DNA of 45,516 nt from Actinomycetota bacterium (GCA_005883415.1 VAWT01000170.1:1-45516); one strand, 5' to 3'. Shown: positions 18,636 to 28,921, counted from the first letter of the stretch. A program made the numbers and translations. The notes: generated by a model from the sequence alone, not told the origin.

Positions 18636-19366
18636 TAGAGAACAGCGGCCAGGCGGCGGCGCGACTCGCGCGCCAGCGGATGCTCGACGCCCAGCTCCTC
18701 CAGCACGCCGACGATGACCTGGCGAACCTCGTCGCGCGAGCCATCGGCCGTCTGAAGCGCTGCCAGCAGGAGGTCGAGGCCGCGCTCTCGATCGCCTTGG
18801 TCAAGCGCCTCGAACGCTTCGCTCAGATCTGGCTCCTGGGCCTGCTCCAGCCTGATGCGAGCACCAAGGCCATCGGCGGCGAAGCTACCGGCCACCCGGC
18901 CTAGGAGCTCGAGCGCCTCGTCTGGTTTTCCTTGCGTGTGGAGCATCCGGGCCAGCGGGACGACGGCGTCTGCCCGTCGCGGCTCGAGCTCGATCGCCCG
19001 GCGCAAGGATTGCTCGTCCCCGCGCTCAACCAGGGTGTCCGCCTCGGAGGGCACGAGCGAGTCAAGGAACCGCTCCACTGCCGGCGGGGGTTGGGCGCCG
19101 ACGAACTCCGCCAGCACCTGCCCGTGGCGGAAGGCCTTGACCGCCGGAATGCCTTGCACCCGGTATTCGCTTGCAAGCCGCTGGTTTGAGTCCACATCCA
19201 CCTTCACCAGCTCGACCTTCCCGCCGCGCGCGGCGACCGCGCGCTCGAGGAGAGGTCCGAGCTGGCGGCAGGGGGCGCACCACTCGGCCCAGAAGTCGAC
19301 CACCACCGGGAGCTCGCGGGAGCGCTCGATGACCGCCGACTGGAAATTGGTTTCGGTGACGTCCAT
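18632..19366 (-). CDS. Thioredoxin-TPR chaperedoxin (YbbN/CnoX-like)
   Basis: VVVDFWAEWCAPC; helical C-terminus ending RRRLAAVLY. Confidence 0.9.
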   Translation of the reverse strand: MDVTETNFQSAVIERSRELPVVVDFWAEWCAPCRQLGPLLERAVAARGGKVELVKVDVDSNQRLASEYRVQGIPAVKAFRHGQVLAEFVGAQPPPAVERFLDSLVPSEADTLVERGDEQSLRRAIELEPRRADAVVPLARMLHTQGKPDEALELLGRVAGSFAADGLGARIRLEQAQEPDLSEAFEALDQGDRERGLDLLLAALQTADGSRDEVRQVIVGVLEELGVEHPLARESRRRLAAVLY

Positions 19367-19390
19367 CGGTACCCATGGTAGACAGCCCGT

Positions 19391-20215
19391 ATGGGCGAGC
19401 GGCTAATCGAGCACGACGGCGTGTCCCTGGCGCTGGAGGAGGCCGGATCGGGCGTGCCGATCGTGCTGCTGCACGGACTGACCGCGACCCGGCGGTACGT
19501 GGTGATGGGCTCAAAGCTGCTCGAGCGCTCTGGGCATCGGGTGATCACCTATGACGCCCGAGGCCACGGACGCTCGTCGCCGGCCGCGGAGCGGAGGCAG
19601 TACGAGTACGAGGACCTGGTCGGGGATCTGGAGGCGGTGCTCGACGGACTCGGAGTCGAGCGCGCAGTGCTGGCGGGCGCGTCCATGGGAGCCCACACGC
19701 TGCTGCAGCTGGCCCTCGAACGACCGGAGCGGACGGCGGGGCTGGTCGTCATAACGCCTGCGTTTGACCCGAGCACAAACGACGAGACAGACCGGCTGGC
19801 GCGATGGGACGCGCTCTCCGACGGGCTACGCCGAGGCGGAATCGATGGCTTCCTGGCCGCGCAGGGAGAACCCAGCGTGCGGCCGGAGTGGCGTGAGACC
19901 GTGGTCAAGGTGATCCGCCAGCGGCTGGCGCTTCACGACCACCTGGACGCGGTCGCGGATGCGCTGGGAGTGGTTCCGAGGTCGCACCCGTTCGAGAGCA
20001 TCGACGCGCTATCGGCGATCTCGGTGCCGGTAGCGATCGTGGCCAGCGATGATGAGCCCGATCCGGAGCATCCACGGGCGGTGGGGGAGGCCTATGCCGA
20101 GGCGATCCCCGGCGCCGAACTGGTCACCGACGAGCCGGGCCGCTCACCGATCGCCTGGCAGGGCAGCCAGCTCTCGCGGGTGATCGCCAAGGTCGCAGAG
20201 CGGGCGGGCGCGTGA
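19391..20215 (+). CDS. Alpha/beta-fold hydrolase
   Basis: LLHG, YDARGHGRS and GASMG nucleophile elbow. Confidence 0.88.
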   Translation: MGERLIEHDGVSLALEEAGSGVPIVLLHGLTATRRYVVMGSKLLERSGHRVITYDARGHGRSSPAAERRQYEYEDLVGDLEAVLDGLGVERAVLAGASMGAHTLLQLALERPERTAGLVVITPAFDPSTNDETDRLARWDALSDGLRRGGIDGFLAAQGEPSVRPEWRETVVKVIRQRLALHDHLDAVADALGVVPRSHPFESIDALSAISVPVAIVASDDEPDPEHPRAVGEAYAEAIPGAELVTDEPGRSPIAWQGSQLSRVIAKVAERAGA

Positions 20216-20241
20216 ACAAAGCCCACGCGCCCGCATGCCAG

Positions 20242-21276
20242 CTATCCGAGTATCACGTGTCCCACGCGAGCGTTCTTCGTCGGCGCCAGCCAGCCGTTGC
20301 CACCGAAGCGGACCTCGACCCGCAGCTGCTCGGTCGCAGGCCGCTTGCCGCCGACCTTGAACGCGAACGTGTGGGTGAAGATCGCGGTTGCCCGATAGGT
20401 GCAGTTCGACTGCAGCGACGTGCGCAAGAGGGTGACCTGGCGCGTTCCGATGAAGTACCGGATGTTGACCGTACCCGTGCACTGCGCCGGCCCGAAGAAC
20501 CTCGAGGACGGCGTCAGCAAGCCGGTCGTCGTGAAGATGAACGGCTTGGTCCGGTCACGAGAGGGCTGGGTCGACTGCGTGAATCGCGGTGGGAAGGGCC
20601 GCGACAGGGGAAACGTGCTGAACTCCTGGAACGGGCCGTAAGACGTCCCAGAGGCATGCACGCCCACCAGGCGGTACTGGTACAGCGTGCCGGGCGCCAA
20701 TGGGCCGATGTTCTGAGCGACGTTAGTCGGGCCGCTGCTACCGCTCACGGTCCCTGGCGGCACGGGGGTCGAAACGAATGGTGCCCCGCCCGAGTACTGG
20801 AAATACCAGCTCGTCGTCGCGCCGTTCGGGACCACGGTTCCGTTTAGCGTCCCCCCGAACGCCGACAGGTTCGTAACGCTGCCGGTCACCACCCCGGGCA
20901 GAGGATGGCCGGTGGTCTTGAACGTCCGGTCGCGCCCCATCGTCGTGCCGAATGCGTTCTGCGCGATCATGCGGTAGTGGTAGACGGTTCCGGGCAGGAG
21001 CCCGCTAGCCGTCACGTTCACCGACACCGAGCGGGTACCGTTGCCCGCGCCGTGATGGGCGCTGGTCCCGCCATAAGCCGTGGTCGGACCCCACACAAAC
21101 CAGTATTGGGTCGAGGCCCCGTTCGGATTGACGCTCCCGTTCAGGACTGCGCTGTGGTTCCTGATTGTTGTCGCCGCGCCCGTGGCCACCGTCGGCGACG
21201 AGGCCGCGCCGGCAACGCCGACCACGACCGCGAATACCGCGAGCGACGCCACCACCAAGCTGATTGTCCGCTTCAT
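20242..21276 (-). CDS. Secreted protein with two fibronectin-III-like repeats
   Basis: GGAGG RBS; signal peptide MKRTISLVV...AGAA; repeats LNGSVNPNG..GLLPGTVYHYR and LNGTVVPNG..LAPGTLYQYR. Confidence 0.75.
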   Translation of the reverse strand: MKRTISLVVASLAVFAVVVGVAGAASSPTVATGAATTIRNHSAVLNGSVNPNGASTQYWFVWGPTTAYGGTSAHHGAGNGTRSVSVNVTASGLLPGTVYHYRMIAQNAFGTTMGRDRTFKTTGHPLPGVVTGSVTNLSAFGGTLNGTVVPNGATTSWYFQYSGGAPFVSTPVPPGTVSGSSGPTNVAQNIGPLAPGTLYQYRLVGVHASGTSYGPFQEFSTFPLSRPFPPRFTQSTQPSRDRTKPFIFTTTGLLTPSSRFFGPAQCTGTVNIRYFIGTRQVTLLRTSLQSNCTYRATAIFTHTFAFKVGGKRPATEQLRVEVRFGGNGWLAPTKNARVGHVILG

Positions 21277-21353
21277 TGGCACCATCCTCCAAGGTTGCTG
21301 TTGCGCGCGTAATAACGGGCGGCCCCGACGGAAGTTGCGGCCGAGCGTGAGCG

Positions 21354-22833
21354 CTAGTACAGCTGGAGGACCGTGGAGCAGCCGAACGGGTAGATCGCCC
21401 GGCTGATCGGAGTGAGCTTTTTGACCAGCCCGCCGGCGTGGCCGTGGCAGTCGTCCAGGACGAACCGGGCGCCGGTGCTGCGAACGAAGGCCCAAGCCGC
21501 AGTGTTGGTCTCAGGCCACTTGAACAGGTTGAAGGTCTGGGCGAAGCGCTGCTTGTAGTTCGGGACCGACCACAAAAAGTCGCCGATGTAGGTGTGGCGG
21601 CCGGTTATCGCCGGCACAACCATTCCCAGGTAGAAGGGCGTCAGGACGCCGCCGGGCCAGCAGGGCAGCCGCGAGGGCGGCCAGCCGCCGGTAGGGCAGC
21701 CGGGCAAGCGGGAGCGACTGGATGCCCCGGACCGCGAGCACCGCCAGGGGGATCGTGATCCCGGCGAAGGCGTGCAGGGGGGTGGCTCCCAGCCCGGCGA
21801 TCGAGATGCCGTACACACCCAGGGCAGCCAGCGGCCAGGCCAACGTCGCGGCAGCGAGGAAGCTCCGAGGCCGCCGGCGGTACGAGAGGGCCGCCACGAC
21901 AAACAGCGGGATGAGCGACTCCATCACGCCGCTGAACCCCCAGCCGTTGCTGGTCCCGATCCGGCCCAACCGCCAGACGACGTCGGCGCGGTCGAGAATT
22001 CCGTAGTACACGAGCGGGAGCGCCGTGACGAGCACGGTGCCGGCGCACAGCAGCAGCCGCCGGCGAAGCACCACGCCCCCGTCCTTCTCGTCGGAACGCG
22101 CCACGGCCGCGAGCAACTCGCCGCCGAGCACCACCAGAATCAGCGTCTCGCCCTGCCAGGGGTGAAGCCAGGAGGCCAGCAGCCCGAGGACCGGCGCCTG
22201 CCACATGCCGGTGCCGCGCTGACGGGCACGGCTGTATGCCACGAGCCCGGCCACCATGGCCGCGATGGCCATCAGCCCGAAGGGATAGCCCCAGGACCAG
22301 AACGGCAGCCATTCGTCTCCGAGGGTCCCGAATGAGCCGAAGAACAGGGCCAGCACCAGCGCCGCCAGCCGCGCGTAGCGCCCCTGGATCAGCCGGCGAA
22401 CGTATGCCCGCACGGCCAGGAACCCTCCCACCACTGCCACCGGTTTCCATAACAACAGCGACAGCCAGGGCGCCACGCCGAGCGCCGTCAGTCCGCCTGA
22501 GATGGCCACCGCCGGCTGGAGGTAGTCGTGCGGGGTCTGGTTGATCACGAACAAATCCGACGCCAGCACGTGGTGCGAGGCATCGCGGATCCAGGCCAGG
22601 TACTGCATCTGGTCGGCGATGAACAGGCCGTCGGTACCGGTCCAGACCCGGCCGTGGGCAATGACTTGGTACAGGTCGAGTGCCAGAACCCACGACGACA
22701 CCGCCGCGAACAGCACCAGCACAAGGAGCTCGAGCGGATCCGGTCGCAGGCGGCGTCGTCGGGCAGCAGCGCGCTCAAGGTCTGGCCCTGTGGCGATATC
22801 GAGCGAGGCTTCGCTTGGCGGGGCGAGCGCCAT
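21354..22833 (-). CDS. Polytopic membrane protein (possible GT-C-type glycosyltransferase), frameshifted by a loss at about 21657
   Basis: Many TM helices and an acidic DGLFIADQMQY loop after TM1; the soluble C-terminal domain (PGGVLTPFYLG...) is in a second frame. Confidence 0.6.
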
Positions 22834-23002
22834 GTGCGTGGAGGCTACTTTGTGGTGTCTGCGAAGCGCGAGGGGGCGCGATTGCCTTGCCTCGGGACCT
22901 ATTTACAACGCTCGATAATGGGGCTTATGTAGACCTGTAGGTGAATAGAGGCGTCCGTCCCTTCGCCGACGCCCCTGACCCGGCGGATACACTCATCCAG
23001 CG

Positions 23003-23626
23003 ATGCCCAAGCAGCAGCGCATGATGCGGATCGAGCAGCGTGGAACGCTCGCCGCGATCCAGGAGCTCGAAGGCCGCTCGGACGAGGAGCTCGAGGCCGA
23101 GAACCGTCATAAGGCGGCGGCTCAGGCGATCCTGGGCGCTCGGGCGGCCGAGCGTTATGACGCCAAGAAGGCCCGCGCGCACTTCCAGCGGGCGCTGGCT
23201 GCCGCCAGACCGCAGGAGCGTCTCCAGCTGCGGCGGATGGCCGACGCGTCGCTGGCGCTGGCCGAGCGCCGCGCCGACGACCTCAAAAAGGCCACCGAGC
23301 GCCTGGGGGTCGAATCTCCCACCACCCGGCAGCTTCGGGGGCTGCGGCTGATGGGGCTTGTCGCGCCGCCGTCCAGTGCCGGTGTGCTCGCTCGGATGCG
23401 AGGAATCTTGCTGCTGATACTGCTGATCGTGGTCGTGTTCGGGATCGGTTTCGGGATCATCACCGGGATCGCAGCCGCGGCCGGCGGGGCCTCGACCGGG
23501 GTCAAGCTCTTCTACGACATCGTGCTGATTCTGATCGTGTTCGGGGTGATGGCGTATCTCGGCCGCCGCCGCCAGAAACGGATGAAGGCAGAGCGCGCCG
23601 AGCAGATCGCCGCGCGTTCGCGCTAA
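23003..23626 (+). CDS. Hypothetical membrane protein (helical N-terminus, two C-terminal TM helices)
   Basis: GC-biased third codon positions; TACACT -10 upstream; two hydrophobic segments. Confidence 0.75.
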   Translation: MPKQQRMMRIEQRGTLAAIQELEGRSDEELEAENRHKAAAQAILGARAAERYDAKKARAHFQRALAAARPQERLQLRRMADASLALAERRADDLKKATERLGVESPTTRQLRGLRLMGLVAPPSSAGVLARMRGILLLILLIVVVFGIGFGIITGIAAAAGGASTGVKLFYDIVLILIVFGVMAYLGRRRQKRMKAERAEQIAARSR

Positions 23627-23632
23627 GCGGAC

Positions 23633-24349
23633 GTGTGCGGTCGGTATACGCTCGCGACGCCGAGCCCCGCTGATCTTCGCGCCCGGTTTCCGGTCGGGGA
23701 GTCGGTCGAGATCAAGCCTCGCTACAACGTCGCCCCGGGCGACGAGGTGCTCGCCGTCACCACCGACAAGGAAGGCGCCCCGCGTGGCGAGCTGCTCCGC
23801 TGGGGATTGGTGCCGAGCTGGGCCAAGCGCCCGGATACGGGGTTGAAGATGATCAATGCTCGGGTGGAGACGGTCGCCGAGCGGCCGGCGTTCCGCCGCG
23901 CTTTCGAGCGCTTCCGCTGCCTGATCGTGGCTGATGGGTTCTACGAATGGCGCCATCGACAGGCCGGTCCCAAGCAGGCCTTTCACATAACGCGCCTCGA
24001 TCGCGAGGCGTTCGCCTTCGCCGGGCTGTGGTCGGTCTGGTACGGCGAGGAGGGCAACAAGCTGCGCTCGTGCACGATCCTGACAACGGCTCCCAACGCC
24101 GCCGTGGCCCCGCTTCACGACCGCATGCCGGTGATCCTCGCCAGGCGCAACGAAGCGGCGTGGCTCGACCCCTCCACCCCTCCGAAGCGGCTGCGGGAGC
24201 TCCTGCCGGGCCTCGGGGACACCGAGACCGCCGTCCGCCCAGTTGGACCGGCCGTCAACGACGCCCGATACGACGGGCCGGAGTGCCTGGCGCCTGCGAC
24301 GGAGAGCGGCTCCTCGGCGGTTCGCGCCGGTCAGCCGACCCTTTTCTAG
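23633..24349 (+). CDS. SOS response-associated peptidase (SRAP/YedK abasic-site crosslinker)
   Basis: MCGRY N-terminus, YNVAP, INARVET, RCLIVADGFYEW and HDRMPVIL. Confidence 0.95.
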   Translation: MCGRYTLATPSPADLRARFPVGESVEIKPRYNVAPGDEVLAVTTDKEGAPRGELLRWGLVPSWAKRPDTGLKMINARVETVAERPAFRRAFERFRCLIVADGFYEWRHRQAGPKQAFHITRLDREAFAFAGLWSVWYGEEGNKLRSCTILTTAPNAAVAPLHDRMPVILARRNEAAWLDPSTPPKRLRELLPGLGDTETAVRPVGPAVNDARYDGPECLAPATESGSSAVRAGQPTLF

Positions 24350-25147
24350 ATGGGCCTCTCCCCTCTCGTCTCCACATACGACCATGTCCTGCTCGACCTC
24401 GACGGGTGCGTATGGATCGGCGAGGAGTGCACGCCTGAAGCCCCCGAAGCGATCGCGGAGTTGCGCGCCGCCGGCAAGTCCCTGGCATTTCTCACGAACG
24501 ATCCCCGGCACTCGCCCGAGGAGTACGTGCGCAAGCTGTGGTCGCTGGGGCTGCGGGCGTCGCTCGAGGAGGTGGTGACGGTCGGGGCGGCCATTCAGCA
24601 CCTGCTGGCCGATAGGGCCCGGGGAGCGTCCGTGTACGTCATCGGCGCCCCTGCCATCTTCCGTCATGTCGCCGACGCCGGGATGCGGATCGTCAACGGC
24701 ACCGATCGTGCGTCGGAGGCTCGACTCGTGGTGATCGCCGGTCACGACGACTTCCACTTTTCGGAGCTACGGGCGGCTACCCAAGCGGTCTTGGGCGGGG
24801 CGGAGATGATCGCCGCCGGCCGGGACCGCACGTTTCCGGCCCAGGACGGGCTATGGCCGGGGACGGGGGCCATCGTTGCGGCTCTGGAGTACGCCACCGA
24901 CAGCGAGGCTCGGGTCGTCGGCAAGCCTGACCCGCAGATGTTTCGCACGGCGCTCGATCGTCTTGGTCCGGGCCCGGCGCTTGTCATCGGCGACAGGATC
25001 GACTCCGACCTCGCGGGCGCCGCGGCGGCGGGACTTGACGCGGCGATCGTCCTGACCGGCGTCAGCAGCAGGGAGGAGGCCGAGGCTGCGCGGAACCCGG
25101 AGCCGGTGGCAATCTCCGAGCACCTGCACAAGCTGGTGGTGGGATGA
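24350..25147 (+). CDS. HAD-IIA hydrolase (NagD-like)
   Basis: DLDGC, LTND, GKP and IGDRIDSDL motifs. Confidence 0.92.
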   Translation: MGLSPLVSTYDHVLLDLDGCVWIGEECTPEAPEAIAELRAAGKSLAFLTNDPRHSPEEYVRKLWSLGLRASLEEVVTVGAAIQHLLADRARGASVYVIGAPAIFRHVADAGMRIVNGTDRASEARLVVIAGHDDFHFSELRAATQAVLGGAEMIAAGRDRTFPAQDGLWPGTGAIVAALEYATDSEARVVGKPDPQMFRTALDRLGPGPALVIGDRIDSDLAGAAAAGLDAAIVLTGVSSREEAEAARNPEPVAISEHLHKLVVG

Positions 25148-26016
25148 GCTTGGCGCTGATCGTCAATCCGGGCGCCGGAGGCGGACGGGCGGGCCGTAAG
25201 CTGCCCGGTGTAGAGGCCGCGCTGCGCGAGCGACAGCTCGACTACCGCGTCGAGCGCACGAGCAGTCTCGACCATGCGCGCGAGCTGGCCCGTGTCGCCG
25301 CCGCCGCGGGCGACACGGCTGTCGCCTTCGGAGGCGACGGGCTGATCGGCGCGGTGGCCGGGGTGCTGAACGACCGCGACGCCGTGCTGGGAGTGCTGCC
25401 CGGCGGGCGGGGGAACGACTTCGCCCGCACGCTCGGCATCCCACTCGAGCCCCGCGCCGCCTGCGAGGTCCTCGCAGGTGGCACCGTGCGAGCGCTCGAC
25501 CTCGGGGAAGCCGGCGGTAGAGCCTTCATCGGAATCGCCAGCTGCGGCTTTGACTCGGACGCCAATCGGATCGCCAACGAGGCCCGCCTCATCCGCGGGA
25601 ACCTGGTCTACGCCTACGGGGCGCTGCGCGCACTGGCCTCCTGGCAGCCGACGACGTTCTCGATCCGGTTCGACGGCGGCGAGTCCCGCCGCGCCGTCGG
25701 CTACACGGTCGCGGCGGCAAACTCCAAGGCCTACGGCGGCGGCATGTGGCTGGCCCCGGCTGCTGCGCTCGACGACGGGTTGCTCGACGTCGTGATCGTG
25801 GGCCACGTCCCCAAGCTCCGGTTCCTGCGCCTGTTGCCGACCGTTTTCAAGGGCCAGCACGTGCTCCAGCCGAACGTCGAGGTATTCCGGGCCAAGGAGA
25901 TCGAGATCAGCGCCGAGCGGCCGTTCACCCTGTACGCGGACGGCGACCCGATCGCGTCTCTCCCGGTCAAGGTCCGGGCTCTCCCGGGCGCCGTCAAGGT
26001 GATCGTGCCCCGATGA
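25144..26016 (+). CDS. Diacylglycerol/lipid kinase family protein (YegS/DagK-like)
   Basis: NPGAG, GGDG, GRGNDFAR, YGGG, DDGLLD and ADGD motifs. Confidence 0.92.
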   Translation: MSLALIVNPGAGGGRAGRKLPGVEAALRERQLDYRVERTSSLDHARELARVAAAAGDTAVAFGGDGLIGAVAGVLNDRDAVLGVLPGGRGNDFARTLGIPLEPRAACEVLAGGTVRALDLGEAGGRAFIGIASCGFDSDANRIANEARLIRGNLVYAYGALRALASWQPTTFSIRFDGGESRRAVGYTVAAANSKAYGGGMWLAPAAALDDGLLDVVIVGHVPKLRFLRLLPTVFKGQHVLQPNVEVFRAKEIEISAERPFTLYADGDPIASLPVKVRALPGAVKVIVPR

Positions 26017-27425
26017 GCCTCCTGGGCCCCAAGATCCTCGCCGCGCGCGCCGTGGGCGAGCTGGCGCGCATCACCGGACGCGGTGGCGGCACCAGCCTTC
26101 CCGGCAAGGTCCTGATACGGCTCGAGCCACGCGCGATCAGCGAGCTCGCCGCCCGCATGTCGGAGGGTTGCGCGGTGATATCGGCGACCAACGGTAAGAC
26201 GACGACATCGGCAATGACGGCATCGGTGCTGCGACATGCAGGGTTGGGGCTCGTCCATAACCGCGCCGGGGCGAACATGGCCGGCGGCGTCGCCTCGAGC
26301 CTGCTTGAAGCCGCCCGGGCCGGCGGTGGCATCGACGGCCAGTTCGGCCTGTTCGAACTCGACGAGTTCTGGCTCGATCGGGTCACGCCCGAGCTTCGAC
26401 CGCGGGCGGTCCTGCTGGGGAACCTGTTCCGCGACCAGCTCGACCGTTACGGCGAGCTCGAGGCGATCGCCGACCGCTGGGCGGCGGTGGCGGTGACGCT
26501 CCCCGCCGACGCCGCCCTGGTTCTGAACGCCGACGACCCGCTCGTGGCCGACCTTGGACGTCAACGAGAAGAACGCGCCAATGTCACCTACTTCGGTGTC
26601 GAAGACCCGGCGATGGCCATGCCCGAGATGCAGCACGCCGCGGACTCCAAGCACTGCCGTCGCTGTGGCGCAGCCTACGCGTACGACGCCATCTACCTGG
26701 GCCATCTTGGCCGCTACCGGTGTCCGTCATGCGGCCAGCAGCGACCGCGGCCCTCCGTAGCCGCCGAGGAGGTTGAGCTGCAAGGCACCCGCTCAGCCAG
26801 CTTCCGGCTGCGGACGCCGTCCGGCTCCGCGTCGATCGTGCTGCCGCTCCCCGGGCTCTACAACGTCTACAACGCCCTCGGGGCGGCATCCCTCTGCCTG
26901 GCCCTGGGCGTGGGGCTCGAGAGCGTCGTCGCCGGGCTGGAAGACGTACGGGCCGCCTTCGGGCGCGCGGAGATCGTCAAGATCGGCGATCGCGAGCTAG
27001 CGATTCTGTTGATCAAGAACCCCGCCGGGGCAAACGAGATTTTGCGCACGCTGGTGCTCGAAAGCGGCCAGCTCGATGTGCTTGGCGTTCTCAACGACCG
27101 AGTGGCCGACGGCCGGGACGTTTCCTGGATCTGGGACGCGGACTTCGAGGTTGTCGCATCGCGGGTCCGGCGGGTGACGTGCGCCGGGACACGAGCGGCG
27201 GAGCTGGCGGTGCGCCTCAAGTACGCCGGCGTCCCTGGCGACCGGCTCCACGTCGCGCCTCGCCTCGCGGACGCGATCGACGAGGCGCTTCAGACCGCGG
27301 CCGGCGGACGCGTATACGCCCTTCCGACCTACACGGCTCTGCTCGAGCTGCGCGAGCAGCTTGCGGCGCGCGGCCACGTCGGCAGCTTTTGGGCCGTCGG
27401 CGCCGAGGCGAGGAGGGCATCATGA
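26013..27425 (+). CDS. murT: Lipid II isoglutaminyl synthase subunit MurT
   Basis: GGTSLPG, TNGKTTT, NLFRDQLDRYGE, Zn ribbon CRRC...CPSC, KNPAG, DGRDVSWIWD and TYTA. Confidence 0.92.
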   Translation: MSLLGPKILAARAVGELARITGRGGGTSLPGKVLIRLEPRAISELAARMSEGCAVISATNGKTTTSAMTASVLRHAGLGLVHNRAGANMAGGVASSLLEAARAGGGIDGQFGLFELDEFWLDRVTPELRPRAVLLGNLFRDQLDRYGELEAIADRWAAVAVTLPADAALVLNADDPLVADLGRQREERANVTYFGVEDPAMAMPEMQHAADSKHCRRCGAAYAYDAIYLGHLGRYRCPSCGQQRPRPSVAAEEVELQGTRSASFRLRTPSGSASIVLPLPGLYNVYNALGAASLCLALGVGLESVVAGLEDVRAAFGRAEIVKIGDRELAILLIKNPAGANEILRTLVLESGQLDVLGVLNDRVADGRDVSWIWDADFEVVASRVRRVTCAGTRAAELAVRLKYAGVPGDRLHVAPRLADAIDEALQTAAGGRVYALPTYTALLELREQLAARGHVGSFWAVGAEARRAS

Positions 27426-28135
27426 CGGCGATCTGGCACGACCTGGAGTGCGGAAGCTATGCCGCCGATCTGCCCCTTTGGCGGACACTGGCCGCCGAGC
27501 ATGGCGATCCAGTACTCGAGATCGGCGCCGGAACCGGTCGGGTGGCGGTCGATCTTGCCCGTCGCGGTCATCGGGTGACCGCGCTCGACAACGACGCGGC
27601 GCTGCTCGCGGAGCTCTCGCGCCGGGCCGACGGGCTCGATGTTCCCACCGTGCTCGCAGACGCCCGGACGTTCGAGCTCGAGGAGCGGTTCGCGACCTGT
27701 CTCGTGCCGATGCAGACCATCCAGCTGCTGGGTGGTCAGGAGGGGCGGCGTGCCTTCCTGGAGCGGGCCCGCCGGCACCTGCACGGAGGTGGGGTACTGG
27801 CGGCGGCGATCGCCAGCCAGCTTGAGGCGTACGACCTTTCAGACGGAGGCCCCGGGCTGGTGCCGGACATGTGCGAGCGCGACGGCGTGGTCTACGCCAG
27901 CCACCCCACGGCCATCCGGGCGGACGGTGATGGATTTGTACTCGAGCGCCGGCGGGAGACGGTCGCGCCCGACGGGCGCAGGACCGTGGAGGCGAACACA
28001 GTCAAGCTCGCCCGCGTGCTTCCGGCGGAGCTCGAGCGCGAGGGCGCCGAAGCCGGGCTCCAGGGCGCAGGCCGGGCCACGATCGCGGCCACCGAGGACT
28101 ACTCGGGCAGCGAGGTGGTGATCCTCCGTGCCTGA
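27422..28135 (+). CDS. Class I SAM-dependent methyltransferase
   Basis: VLEIGAGTGRV, ALD and ADARTF motifs; overlaps both murT and gatD. Confidence 0.9.
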   Translation: MTAIWHDLECGSYAADLPLWRTLAAEHGDPVLEIGAGTGRVAVDLARRGHRVTALDNDAALLAELSRRADGLDVPTVLADARTFELEERFATCLVPMQTIQLLGGQEGRRAFLERARRHLHGGGVLAAAIASQLEAYDLSDGGPGLVPDMCERDGVVYASHPTAIRADGDGFVLERRRETVAPDGRRTVEANTVKLARVLPAELEREGAEAGLQGAGRATIAATEDYSGSEVVILRA

Positions 28136-28907
28136 GGGCGAAGTCACCAGCCCGCCCGGGCGTGAGCTGCGGGTCTGCGCCCTGTATCCGGAGCTGATGA
28201 ACATCTATGCCGATCGCGGCAACCTGCTGCTGCTCGAGCGACGGTGCCGCTGGCGGGGCATCGGATTTCAGTTGAGCTCCACGAGCCTCGGGGAAGGGCT
28301 CGACCCCGACGGTGCCGACCTCTTCTACATAGGCGGGGGGCAGGATCGCGACCAGCGCCTGTGTGCGTATGACCTGGCGGAGCGCAAGCGAGATGCCCTT
28401 CACGCGGTGGCAGCTCGGGGGGCGGTGATCCTCGCCGTATGCGGCGGCTACCAGCTGCTGGGCCACTCATACCAGCTGGGCGAGGAGACGCTCCCCGGTG
28501 CGGCGCTCGTCGACCTCTGGACCGTGAGGGCGGATAACGGGGGCGGGGACGCGGCCGGGCGGCTGATCGGGAATGTGGCGATCGAGGTCACTCTCGAGCA
28601 GGGCCAGCCCCCCGCGGTGCTGGCGGGATTTGAGAACCATGGTGGGCGCACGCACTTGGGATCTTCCGCTCGACCCCTTGGGCGCGTGCTCCGCGGCCAT
28701 GGCAACAACGATCACGACGGCTACGAAGGCGTCCGCGATCGGGGGATCATCGGCACGTACCTGCACGGCCCGCTTCTGCCCAAGAACGTGTGGTTCGCCG
28801 ACTGGCTGATCCAGACGGCACTCGGGCTCGAGCAGCCGCTCCCGCCGCTCGACGACGAACTCGAGCAGCGCGCGCACGCGGAGGCTCGTCGGGCGGCCGG
28901 CTTGTAG
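28128..28907 (+). CDS. gatD: Glutamine amidotransferase subunit GatD
   Basis: LYPELMNIYADRGN, GGGQD, VCGGYQ, GFENH and YLHGPLLPKN; near murT. Confidence 0.9.
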   Translation: MPEGEVTSPPGRELRVCALYPELMNIYADRGNLLLLERRCRWRGIGFQLSSTSLGEGLDPDGADLFYIGGGQDRDQRLCAYDLAERKRDALHAVAARGAVILAVCGGYQLLGHSYQLGEETLPGAALVDLWTVRADNGGGDAAGRLIGNVAIEVTLEQGQPPAVLAGFENHGGRTHLGSSARPLGRVLRGHGNNDHDGYEGVRDRGIIGTYLHGPLLPKNVWFADWLIQTALGLEQPLPPLDDELEQRAHAEARRAAGL

Positions 28908-28921
28908 TGGCCGCTACTACG

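Noticed and set aside
22925-24757. 610-aa minus-strand ORF and other long shadow ORFs (e.g. 5404-6855, 39093-40163, 44173-45507)
   Set aside because: They lie antisense to well-supported genes and have no motifs; long stop-free frames are expected at this GC content.
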